A stretch of DNA of 64,000 bases from Octopus sinensis. Its lineage: Eukaryota. Under the pieces are notes generated by a model that had not been told where the DNA came from, ran no database searches, and worked only from the letters and a program-made list of their open reading frames with translations. The number at the start of each line of letters is the position of its first letter. The stretch's first letter is position 1. Shown here piece by piece: positions 38,720 through 50,198 of the stretch. The stretch lies in the NCBI RefSeq assembly GCF_006345805.1, contig NC_042997.1:82460001-82524000 (forward strand), given 5' to 3'. Position numbers and translations under genes: made by a program.

Positions 38720-39886
38720 TCATCATCATCATCATCATCGTTTAACGTCCGTTCTCCATGCTAGCATGGGTTGGACGGTTCGACCGGGGATCTGGGAAGC
38801 CAGAAGGCTGCACCAGGCTCCAGTCTTATCTGGCAGTGTTTCTACAGCTGGATGCCCTTCCTAACGCCAACCACTCCGTGAGTGTAGTGGGTGCTTTTTA
38901 CGTGCCACCTGCACAGGTGCCAGGCGAAGCTGGCAACGGCCACGGTCGGATTGGTGTATTTTATGTGCCACCGGCACGGAAACCAGACGAGGCGGTGCTG
39001 GCATCGGCCACGAGTCGGATGGTGCTTTTTACGTACCACCAGACCAGGGATCCTGGCTGGTTCAATTCGATTTCGATTTCGCTTGCCCCAACATGTCTTC
39101 GCAAGCAAGGGGGTTGGCATGGGTGCCTGTTGTACGGTCAGATTGGTGTATTTTACGTGCCACCGGCACGGAAGCCAGTGGAGGCGGCGCTGGCATCGGC
39201 CAAGAGTCGGATAGTGCTTTTTACGTACCACCAGACCAGGGAACCTGGCTGGTTCAATTCGATTTCGCTTGCCCCAACATGTCTTCGCAAGCAAGGGGGT
39301 TGGCATGGGTGCCTGTCGTCGGATGAGGTTCTATATCGACTTCGCTTGTCCCAACAGGTCTTTGTGTCCAAGGGAGGAAAGGCATTCATAAGTGGGCTGG
39401 GCTCACTTGTCCTGCCTGGTCTTCTCACGTACAGAATATTTCCAAAGGTCTCGGTCGCTGGTCATTTCCTCAGTGAGGCCTAAAGTTCGAAGGTCGTGCT
39501 TCACCACCTCGTCCCAGGTTTTCCTGGGTCTACCTCTTCCACGGGTTCCCTCAACTGCTAAGGATTGGCACTTTCTCACACACCTATCTTCATCCATTCT
39601 CGCCACATGACCATACCAGCGCAATCGTCTCTCTTGCACACCACAACTGATGCCTCTTAGGTACAACATTTCTCTCAAGGTGCTAACGCTCTGTCGAGTA
39701 TGTACACTGACATTACACATCCATCGGAGCATACTGGCTTCATTCCTCACGAGCTTACGCATGTCCTCGGCAGTCACGGCCCATGGTTCACTGCCATGTA
39801 GCATGGCTGTTCGTACACACGCATCATACAGTCTGCCTTTTACTCTGAGCGAGAGGCCTTTAGTCACCAGCAGAGGTAAGAGCTCC
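38720..39886 (-). mobile_element. RTE LINE 3' fragment
   Basis: ELLPLLVTKGLSLRVKGRLY...LRWYGHVARM...GRPRKTW...DRDLWK, then the UTR and tail. Confidence 0.92.
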
Positions 39887-40070
39887 ATAATATATATATA
39901 TATATACATATATGTATATGTATATATATATATGTATATATAGATATGAATGATACAAATAGCTGACATCACTAATAACAGATCAATATTTGACTTGACT
40001 GTATCCTTACATGTTATATGGCTCCAAGCCATTACAAACAAGCCTGTTATTACACAGATGATCTAACAAG

Positions 40071-40105
<35 letters not shown>

Positions 40106-40108
<3 letters not shown>

Positions 40109-41717
40109 TCATCATCATCATTTAACGTCCGTTTTCCATGCTAGCATGGGTTGGACAGTTTTGACTGAGGGCTGGCAACCAGATGGCTGCATCAGGCTCC
40201 AGTCTTGATCGGGCAGAGTTTCTACAGCTGGATACCCTTCCTAATGCCAACCACTCCGAGAGTGTAGTGAGTGCTTTTTATGTGCCACCTGCACGGGGGC
40301 CAGTCAGGCGGTACTGACAATGACCTCGCTCGAATCTTTTTACATGTGCCACCGGCACAGGTGCCAGTGAAGTGACGTTGGTAACGATCGTGTTTGGATG
40401 GTGTTCTTGGCACCCTACTAGCACAGGCATAAGTGCCAGTAAGGCAATGCTGGTAATGATCATACTCGAATAGCCGCTCTTTCAACGATCACACTCATAT
40501 GGTGCTCTTTGCACCCCGCTAGCACAGATGCCAGTCATCGAAGTGATTTTAATTTTGATTTGATTTCACTTACCTCAACAGGTCTTCGCAAGCAAAGTTT
40601 AGTGACCAAAGAAGGAAAAGCTACGCATAAGTGGGCTGGTTATGCTCCTGGCATAGGCCATGGGTTATGGTTTCATCTGGCTTGCCTGGTCTTCTCGAGC
40701 ACAGCATATTTCCAAAGGTCTCGGTCACTAGTCATTTCCTTGGTGAGGCCTAATGTACGAAGGTCGTGCTTCACCACTTCATCCCAGGTCTTCCTGGGTC
40801 TACCTCTTCCACAGGTTCCCTCAACCACTAGGGTGTGGCACTTTTTCACACCACTATCCTCATCCATTCTCACCACATGACCATACCAGCGCAGTCATCT
40901 CTCTTGCACACCACATCTAATGCTTCTTAAATCCAACTTTTCTCTCAAGGTACTTGCACTCTGTTGTGTATGCACACTGACATTACACATCCATCGGATC
41001 ATACTGGCTTCATTCGTTGTGAGCTTACGCATATCCTCAGCAGTCACAGCCCATGTTTCACTGCCATGTAGCATGGCTGTTCGTACACATGCATCATACA
41101 GTCTACCTTTTACTCTGAGCGAGAGGCCCTTTGTTACCAGCAGAGGTAAGAGCTCTCTGAACTTTGCCCAAGCTATTCTTATCCTAGCAGCTACACTTTC
41201 AGTGCACCCTCCTCCCCTACTGATTTGGTCACCTACATAACGGAATCTATCAACTACTACTAGTTTTTCTCTCTGGAATGTGGCGGAAGTTGGTCTCTGC
41301 GCATTTTCAGTGTTTATTGCTCCTGAGCATCTGCCACATACAAAAACTATCTTCCAAGTTAGCCTTCCTTTGATATTACTGCACCTCTTATGTGTCCATA
41401 GCTTACACTGGGTACATCTTATAGAGTTTCTACCTACGTCTTTTCTACAGATCAAGCAGGGCCATCTACCTGAAGGGATTTTTGGTTTGCCTGCCTTCCT
41501 ACTTATTAGGACTTTGGTTTTAGCTAAGTTGATTCTAAGGCCCTTCAATTCTAATCCTTGTTTCCACACTTGAAACTTCTATAGTTCTGATAGCGACTCA
41601 GCGATTAGAGCAAGGTCATCAGCATAGAGAGCTCCCAAGGGCATCCTGTCTTGAATTCCTCCGTTATTGCCTGGAGGACTATGATAAATAGGAGGGGGCT
41701 GAGGACTGAAACCCGGT
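40106..41717 (-). mobile_element. RTE LINE fragment (RT C-half with PHD-like finger)
   Basis: LSPLLFIIV, LYADDLAL and GLRINLAKTK motifs, a Cys/His cluster, the C-terminus, UTR and tail. Confidence 0.92.
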
Positions 41718-42944
41718 GGACATATACACACACATAAAGATGTGTGTGTTTGTGTGTGTGTGTGCCTATAGACAAACTCATACACACACAAATGTATTGA
41801 GAGAAAAACTGGGTATCAGGGGAATCAGATGTGCAGGAAAGAAGACTTCATTGATATGGGCATGTGGATAAGAGGAGTTGTTTAAACAAGTGGTGATCAT
41901 TTAATGTGGATGGAAACTGTAGAAAAGAGAAAGAAACCCATGAAGACATGGAATAAAGTAGTGAAGTTGATCTCAGGAGATTGACCTTTGTGAAGAAGAT
42001 AACAAAACTGTTTCATCATAGCAAAACTGAGGTTTTGAGAATACATATTATATGTACACAATTGGGTCCTTTGCTTAATATCTCCTTGTCAAACCTTCAC
42101 TTGTGATCCCACCTCATCATCACCCTTTTGCTAATCTTGCCATCGCTCATATTTGCTAATCTTGCCAGCACTGCACATTTTGAAATGTCTTAACTAAAGA
42201 AGACAAGAGATGAAAGATGAATTCTTTTTTCACCTTTGCATAATAAACTAAAACATGTTATTAATAGCATTCAAAATATCAATATTAGCTCAATGTGGAT
42301 ATACTGTAGAAAGTCATAAAACCACAATATTCTTGACAAAAAATTCTCCTATCAACATACAGTGATAAAAAGAACAGATGTGCATCTGTAACAGATAAGA
42401 AGTGTCCAGCAGCAGTAGTGCAATTGCTAAATATGAATTTGTGTTTTTGTATGTGATTACTACAAATATCCGCAATCAACCACATGCTTAGACAAATTTC
42501 AGCTTTACAGATATATAAAAAAATTGTTGGTATCACTAATAACAGATCAATATTTGACCTGACTGCATCATTATAAGTTATACAACCCCAAGTCATTACA
42601 AATTAGCCTGTCATTACTTTGTTTATACAGACAATCTAACAAGAATTTAGAATTGTTTCTTCTACTGGACCTAAGTAAAAAAATTCCAGTAAAATTCACT
42701 TCTAAGTATAACATAAAATCAGTCAGTCAGTTAGTCTATCTATATCTACACACACACACACTCATACACTACACAATAAACTGGCTTAAGGTGCCCAGAC
42801 AAGTCTCTTGTTTTGCATAATACTTTAAATATTTGTGGCATCTTAACATTTGAAAACACATTACATCATATTAATATTATAAGAAAATATGGTCTGGACT
42901 CTGTGAGTGTGTGTGTGTGTATGTATATATGCATATATGTACAA

Positions 42945-43168
42945 GGCGAGCTGGTAGAAACGTTAGCACGCCAGGCGAAATTCGTAGCCGTATTTCGTCT
43001 GTCGTTAGGTTCCGAGTTCAAATTCCGCTGAGGTCGACTTTGCCTTTCATCCTTTCGGGGTCGATAAATTAAGTACCAGTTACGCACTGGGGTCGATGTA
43101 GTCGACTTAATCCCTTTGTCTGTCCTTGTTTGTCCCCTCTATGTTTAGCCCCTTGTGGGTAGTAAGAA
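42945..43168 (+). mobile_element. tRNA-derived SINE
   Basis: GGCGAGCTGGTAGAAACGTTAGC head and GAGTTCAAATTCC B-box. The central GTCGACTTTGCCTTTCATCCTTTCGGGGTCGATAAA..AAGTACCAG domain is of the kind conserved in widespread metazoan SINEs. Confidence 0.8.
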
Positions 43169-43254
43169 AAATATATATATATATATCCATTTCTATTAAT
43201 ATAGAATCATAGTTAGTTAGTAAATAGTGATTTATTTTATTAATGAGGTAAATT

Positions 43255-43630
43255 AAATAATAACATTCTGACCATTCCTAAATTTTCAAATCTTAATATT
43301 TTGTAACCAAATAAGGAATTAATATACCATACTAACTTTTATTTAACCTGCATGGATTATTAAGAAATTTTATAATATAAATAAATTTGAATAAAGTGAA
43401 ATTAGAATTTTTTGATACTCTCCTATATGGGATTGCAAAAATTCTATATATCTAGGAAAATTATTTGGTTCATCTTGATTACCTCCCTTCCATTACTTTT
43501 TAATATATCTTATAGACTTCTGATATATGTGCTAAATTGATAAGGTTTTTTTTTTACAGTAAGTAAATATTATGTCTAGCATATTCTTTTAATTTAACTC
43601 ATTAATAAAATAAATCACTATTTACTAACT
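43255..43630 (+). mobile_element. PLE 3' non-coding fragment related to 30210-30590
   Basis: Colinear match (ACATTCTGACCAT..CTAAATTTTCAAATC; TTGGTTCATCTTGATTACCTCC). Confidence 0.75.
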
Positions 43631-43639
43631 AACCACTGT

Positions 43640-44860
43640 GTCTGTTTTGGCAGGGTTTTTATAGCTGGATGCCCTACGTAACACCAACCACTCTGCACAG
43701 TAGGCTCAGTACTTTTTACGTGGCACTAGCACAGGCAAGGTTAGTTTTGGCATGACTTTTACAGCTTCCAAAAGCCAACCATATTACAGTGTGGACTGGA
43801 TGCTTTTTATGTGGCACTAGCACTGGCAGGGTCACCAAGTATCTCGCAAAACAAGGAATTATGAGAGGGGCAAGGGCATTTGAGGAGAGGAACTTGTGTC
43901 AGAGGATGAACGGTTAGAGCATGACTAAGAGACATTGAGGCAGAAACAGGTGTCTTGCTATAATGCAGGGGGCATTGGAGGAGGTGATCCAGTATCAGAT
44001 GATGACAGAGGAATAGGAGGTAGAAATAGGTGTCTTGCTATAGAAGAGGTACATGGTTACCCAATGAGAGAGAGAGAGAGCTGTTTAGAAGATATGTTAT
44101 TTGCTTTCTTGGGGTAGAGTGTGTGAAAAGTTTGTTGTTACATGTGAGTGGGACACAACTCTTCTAGCACTTAGTTTCGCTGATGTGGGCAGGTCTTCTC
44201 ATATTGCCAAACATCTTGGTCCATTGTCATTTCCTCCATGAGTCCCAACATCCTGAGACTAGTCCCCACCACTTCATCCCATGTCTTTCTAGGTTTCCCC
44301 TCTTCCACAGGTACCATTCACTTTCAGTGACAGGCACTTTTTTAGACATCTGTCTTCACACATTCACGTCACATGTCCAAACCAATGCATTCTCCTCTCC
44401 TGCATGCCACATTTAATCCCTCTCATGCCTAACTTTTCTCTCAACATAGTTGTACTTTATTGGTCATGCACACTGATGTTGCAAATCCAACAGAGCAAAC
44501 TACCTTCACTCCTCTATGCATGTCCTCTGCAGTCATAACCCATGTCTCACTACAATGTAATATAGCCATTCTCACAATCTGCCTTTCACTCTGAGAGAGA
44601 GTCCTCTTGCAGCCAACAGAGGTAGTAGCTCTCTGAACTTTCTTCATCCTATTCTTATTCTAGAAACAATACTTTCAGAGCATCCACCACCTTTACTAAT
44701 TTGGTCACCTAAATAGCAGTAAGTATCTACTACCCCAAGAGAGCCCCCTGTGCAATTGAGAGAGTTTAAGTCCCTTGTACTTTTAGTACTTATTGTTCCA
44801 GTGCACTTGTTACACATGAAAGCAACCTTATCTGTTAACCTACCTATGATTCCACTTATA
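43640..44860 (-). mobile_element. Old, diverged RTE LINE fragments
   Basis: Diverged UTR core at 43640-43850 and RT C-terminal remnants (LGDQISKGGGCSE, LHCSETW, KTWDEVV) at 44180-44860. Confidence 0.7.
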
Positions 44861-44986
44861 TATAATTAAATTAGGCAGTGGTTTAGCAATGTATCACCAA
44901 AAAGGAAAAGTATAATTGTCATTAAATATGACAGAGGGTGTTAAAATATCTACAGTGTTGTGTTCTCTCTCTCTCTGTATATATAT

Positions 44987-45028
44987 ACTAGCATTAAAGA
45001 CCCGTCATTGCCGGGTCATAGTGCTAGT
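44987..45028 (-). mobile_element. Helitron-type 3' terminal hairpin/CTAG
   Basis: ACTAGCATTAAAGACCCGTCATTGCCGGGTCATAGTGCTAGT resembles the terminus at 2087. Confidence 0.5.
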
Positions 45029-45139
45029 GTATATATATGTGTACATATTACATGTACATCTATATATATATACATCTACACATAAAATACAAAATACAAA
45101 GTTATATCTTGATATTGCTAGTGATAACAATACTGAAAA

Positions 45140-45445
45140 TATATAACAGACTGGAATTGTTAGCCCGTCTCTTGTAATTTCGATCAATTGTATCTTGTCC
45201 TCCCTCTTGTATAGAAGTGTGGCTACAATCCAGCCTACCTCAACTTCGGGGAAAATGAATTTTTTTCCGGGATGTCCTATGTCCCAGATATAAAAGTAAA
45301 AATAAAACATTTCCACTTTGCAAGTTCGAGTCGAGTACTCCCTTGCATGCTCCGTTGACTCGAACCTTGCTTCTATTGTGGTGAATTTACCGCCTCTGAA
45401 TAGATACCTTTCATAGTCGCACCAAGACACTTTTCGAAGGTGCTT
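45140..45445 (-). pseudogene. Diverged fragment of an ORF1-like protein paralogous to 45599-46961
   Basis: YLFRGGKFTTIEARFES and EVGWIVATLLYKREDKIQLI parallel YMTKGLEYGTITVQFKS and EGELITAAVIKGNEDKVDIL. Confidence 0.5.
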
Positions 45446-45454
45446 TCCTCTATG

Positions 45455-47140
45455 TTATTTCTTTATTACCCACCAGGGGCTACGAAGAATGGCGGACATA
45501 ACAAAACATGGGGGACATAGAACAATATGATTAAATTTATGAGCAAATGAATATAAATGATAATATGAAAGCGATGCTAACGGCCCCCTCCGCCAGCATC
45601 ACTTACCTGTCCTTTTGTTTTCACTGTCACCTGAATGTTCATTCCCAATACGAAGACCATCCATATCCATTCTTACTCCGAAACTGTCCTCCATATATTC
45701 CACAAATTCATCGCTCATTCTTGTATCTTTCACCTCCCAATTCTCCCTTTCACACCTCAACACAAACTCATCTATATTCTTCTTTTCCAGCACTGCATAT
45801 CTGGTCCCATCCATTTCATACCATTCATACTCCTCCATTACCCTTTCAACCTCTTTCTGTTCAGTCACAATATAAATGTTCGGCCTGGGTTCGTTTTCAA
45901 ACTCTTGTCTGTCTGTATTATTATTTTTCTTTTGTCTTCTTGTTGGAGGGGAGCGGGTGGGTTCACTGTCTGCAGGGGAAGGGTGGGATTCAGAGGGTGC
46001 GGGTGGTGTTGGGGTGGGTTGGGGCTTCGCACAGTTTTTCTTTTTCTTTCTTTTTCTCTTTTTTCTTCCTTCTTCCCACTCTTGTTGCATCTCCTCTTCT
46101 TCTGTCGTTTCTTTTTCCGTTTGGTTCTCTCTGGTTTCTTCCTCTTTTGGGGCTTCCGCGACGATTTCCTTTTCTTTTTCCTTTGGTGGGGGAGGGCAGT
46201 AGGCTCTTATGTGACCCCTCAGGCCACACTTGTAGCACCTGGGCGCCCTACCCTCCACCCACACTCTCATAATAATATTTCCAGTTTTTATACTGTCCGT
46301 AAGCTTTTCTATAACTTCCGCCTCCGTCTGTATGTTCATTACTAGTGTGGCACCTCTCACGCCTCATATTTCATAATGGCGTGGAGGATGTCCACTTTAT
46401 CTTCATTTCCTTTGATAACCGCAGCCGTTATTAATTCGCCCTCTAAGTGTGGAGGTATTCCTTCCACCCTAATTCTGGTGGTCCTTCTATTCAAATACGA
46501 GGGGAACAAGTAAAACTTTTCTGTACTCACCACCTTGGCTGCTATATTCCTGGCTGCTTTCTCACTTTTAAATTGTACCGTTATGGTTCCATATTCTAAT
46601 CCTTTGTCATGTACACAATTTCTTCTCCTGTCTGTTTGAAAGCCTCTTCAATTGCTTCCATGTTAATCACTTCCATTTTTCTACCTCCATTCATAAATAC
46701 TTTATATTTAATGGTTCTACGATGGAACCAGTCTCCGCGCCCTGCTAGAGGCAACAGCTCAACCTCTCCGTTCTCCTCCTCCTTCATGAACTCCTGGAAG
46801 TCTGTCAACTTAGCCAGGTCTATCTCTTTTTCTGTTGACTTCTTCGTTATACCTGCGTAGGTGCTTTCCATTTTTTTCACCGCCAACTCCTCCTCAGATG
46901 TCGACGAATTTTCAGAGAAATTTCTCCCTTCCATCTCATCCGTTTGGTAGAGGCGGCTCATAGTCGCCTCAGACCGAAAAACGGCCTCCCAAACAGAAAA
47001 CGTGCGACGCACAGAACCAGTGCGACGCGAAACCGCACCAACCGACGTTCCAATTCCGCAACGACCACAATTCACTTTTTGTTCTTTTTTCCTTTTTAAC
47101 CGAATTTCACAGAGCGCAAAAAAACGCGGCCCGTTCAAAT
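45455..47140 (-). mobile_element. ORF1-only (HAL1-like) non-LTR element, L1/Tx1-type gag-like protein
   Basis: CpG-rich 5'UTR, then a frameshifted ORF at 46961-45599 with a TYA motif, RRM-like region, CYKCGLRGHIRAYC zinc knuckle and basic stretch. A short 3'UTR ends GGGTAATAAAGAAATA. No ORF2. Confidence 0.65.
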
Positions 47141-47719
47141 CTTCTTTTTTCTCTACATTGTATACTTTATAGACAATAGACTTTTCTTTAATTTAATTTT
47201 TTATTATCCATCTGGACTATTCCATTTCTGCACTTAAATTTTATTTTTAATTTATTCCCATTCATGTGAAACCACTTATTCAAGTTCAAGTCATTGATGC
47301 AATTTTATACCAATTGCTATTTTTACATTTGTTATGTTACGATTATATTATACTTTAGTTTGATTTTAATTATTACTTACTACATATAATTCAATTGTTA
47401 TTATTATTTTTATTGTTAAAGTGAAAGTATCTGACATAAAATAGAGAAACATTTTTGTTTCACTTTTAACACGTAATACTGAAATAGTGGAGAAGATATG
47501 ATATTGCTATGGGCTCGCTCTAGACAGGAAGTTGAACATTTTTTTTTTGCCCATGAAACTACATGGACCCTAAGTAAGGCATGTGTAAAATTTGAATGGA
47601 ATTGGTTGTGTAGTTCTCAAGTTTTAGGGAATCGTAGTGGAGAAGATATGATATTGCTGTGGCAAAAAGTTTGCCCTAGGCAAAAAGTTCAAAATTTTTT
47701 TGGGATACCTGTACAAAAT

Positions 47720-48320
47720 TGGAAAAGTCAAGAAAACGGATAGGTTTGTTCCACATCAACTGAATGAGATTTAAAAAAAAAAAAATGACACCTTGAAGTG
47801 TGCTCCTTATTGCTTTCTCTACTGGAAAATACCATTTTGCATCAAATTATTACTTGTAATGAGAAATAGATACTCTTTGACAACAGCAGGAGAACAGGAC
47901 AGTGATTAGATGCAGGAGAGTCACCTAAACACTACCCAAACCTACCATTGCACCCTAAAAAGTTAGTGATCACTGTATCGTGGTCTGTGGAGGGAGTTAG
48001 TCATTATTCATTTTTGATACAAGGAAAAACAGTAACAGTAACATTGTATTGCCAGGAAATTGATTGTATTCATGAGAATTTGAAAAAGAAGAAACCCAGA
48101 ATAGTGAATAGAGATGGCCCAATTTTTCTCCATGACAATGCACATTCTCACACTCCTCAAGCTATGATCCAAAAGTTGCAAAGCCTGAATTATGAGTTTT
48201 GCAACATCCTCCCTATTCCCCTAATATCTCTCCTACTGATCATTACTTATTTTAGCATTTTGAGCTTTTCATAAACAATAAAACTTTCTTAAATAGAGAT
48301 AGAAGTAATTGAAGTATTCA
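47720..48320 (+). mobile_element. Mariner (DD34D-type) transposase remnant
   Basis: GKVKK.DRFVPHQLNE, IITCNEK, LHDNAHSH and HPPYSP.ISPTD.YLF motifs with stops and frameshifts. Confidence 0.85.
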
Positions 48321-48328
48321 GACATATA

Positions 48329-48384
<56 letters not shown>

Positions 48385-48403
48385 TAGAGAGAGAGAGAGA
48401 GAG

Positions 48404-48607
48404 AGAGTTCACAAAAGTGACAGAGTGTACAGTTATTGCTAGAGACAAGAGTTAAAATAACTGAAAAGCCACAAAGGTCTGTACGGAATGACTGACAAAG
48501 GAAGGTAAGTCCCCACCATATATAGCTGGATTGAACGATTTCGGATTGTGATACATAGCAATAATAACTGGTGCTGGTCAGTACCCTCCGTCACTTTTGT
48601 GACCTCT
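48404..48607. mobile_element. Small inverted-repeat element (MITE-like)
   Basis: AGAGTTCACAAAAGTGACAGAGTGTAC and GTACCCTCCGTCACTTTTGTGACCTCT form an imperfect inverted repeat. Confidence 0.5.
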
Positions 48608-48657
48608 ATTAATTTTGCCTTCAGGTTCAAATTGCTAATAAGCCCCCATTTGATTTG

Positions 48658-48691
<34 letters not shown>

Positions 48692-48772
48692 AAGGGTGAA
48701 AAGGAACACACGAGTTGATATATATGAAAAAACAAGTCAAAATAGAAAATGCTAAAATAATTTTATAGTGAA

Positions 48773-48820
48773 CATTTCAGTACTGGTTTCGGTCATTTTG
48801 AGACCTTTTCAACTGTAACG
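48773..48820 (-). ncRNA. Minimal hammerhead ribozyme, U3-A8 variant (inverted PLE copy)
   Basis: Minus strand reads CGTTACAG-TTGAAAA-GGTC-TCAAAAT-GACC-GAAAC-CA-GTA-CTGAAATG. Confidence 0.7.
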
Positions 48821-50198
48821 ATTAAATAATTAAATTTAGAAAAATTAGAAGAAAAGTTTTTTTAAAGGAATATTTCTATAGTAGTGTTCAGATATAAGTG
48901 GCATTCTGCCTTTCTCTGACTCCCTTGTTTGCACTTGTGTGTTGGAGGTCGTTGTGAATTCTTGATAGGGTAGAAGAAGAAGAAGGCTGATGAGGAGAGG
49001 GGGTGGGAAAATCTGGGAGTGCCCTGATGGTCGTATTTTGAATGGTCAGTGGCGGCTAGCAGTTCAATTCAGGAGAATATTTCTATTGAAAGGCTTGTTT
49101 ATGGAATTTGCATAGGTGTTATACTAAAAAGCATTAGTGACAAAGTTAAGAGGTAGAAGGTGGAGAAGTAGAAGAAGAAGGAGAAGGAGAAGATGATGAT
49201 GATGATGATGATGATGGTGGTGATGATGATGATGACGACGATGATGATGATAATGATGATGAAGAAGAAGAAGAGGAAGAAGAAGAAAAAACAGAGAAGG
49301 GAGAATATGAATGGGTGAAAGTAGTGAGGTGTTGTATGACTTGAAGTTGGCATGTTATGGATTTAGTAATGGATTCTTTGGAATGTAATATTTGTGTGTG
49401 TATATTTCTTTTATTCTAAAGTTGAGGTATATTAATTGTTTGTCGTTGACCTGTTAAGAAGTGGCCTGTATTTTGTAATAAAGAGAGTTTCTTTACTTAT
49501 TCATTGTCTCGAGGTTGTATCGTCCCTAAATTGGTAGAGGGGGAAAATCCTGAAGCTTGGTGTTTTTTTGTTGGCGCAAGTATCTATGTGTTGGCTAAAA
49601 GCTATTTTTCTGTTTTGGGGAATTTTTATCTGGGATCTGTGCAGGGCCATTCGTTTACGCAAACTATTTTTTGTTTGGCCTATGTACTGCTCTTGACACC
49701 CGGAGCAGGTTAGTGAGTATATTAGGTTCTCTGAAGCACATGTGAAGTTGCTTTTCACTGTAAACCGTTGTCCCTGTTTGAATGAGAACTCTGATCCCTC
49801 AATTAGATAGTCGCATATCCCGCAATTGGGTCTTCCACATTTTTTTACTGTCGGCTTCTGTGTTGAAGAGTGAATTCGGGCTTGTGTTAGGAGACTTTTC
49901 ATGGATTTAGGCTGTCTATTGCTTTTTATGATCGTGTGTGTTTGGAGGATTGTGTTCATTCTGTGGTCTTTTTTTAGGAGGGGTATGTTGTGGAGGATGG
50001 TGCCGAAGGCTTCGTTATTGGGAGGGTTGTGTGTGGAGATGTATGGTAAGGCTTTTGGTTGTAAGTTTTTCTTTGATTTGGGATGTCTCAGTTCCTTGAT
50101 GTTAAGTTGAAGGGCACGTTGAATGCACTTGTCAATAAGTGAAGGTGGATAGTTCCTGGTGATAAGGGTATCTTTTAGTTCTTGTAGTCGTGTGTCTA

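Noticed and set aside
38758-39483. Long ORFs containing 'FLQLDALPNANH' (also at 17, 13187, 33445, 54062)
   Set aside because: They are antisense or UTR readings of the repeated RTE 3' end, not host genes.
39968-40072. ~100-bp sequence repeated at ~42530-42645
   Set aside because: Diverged interspersed repeat fragment with no diagnostic features.
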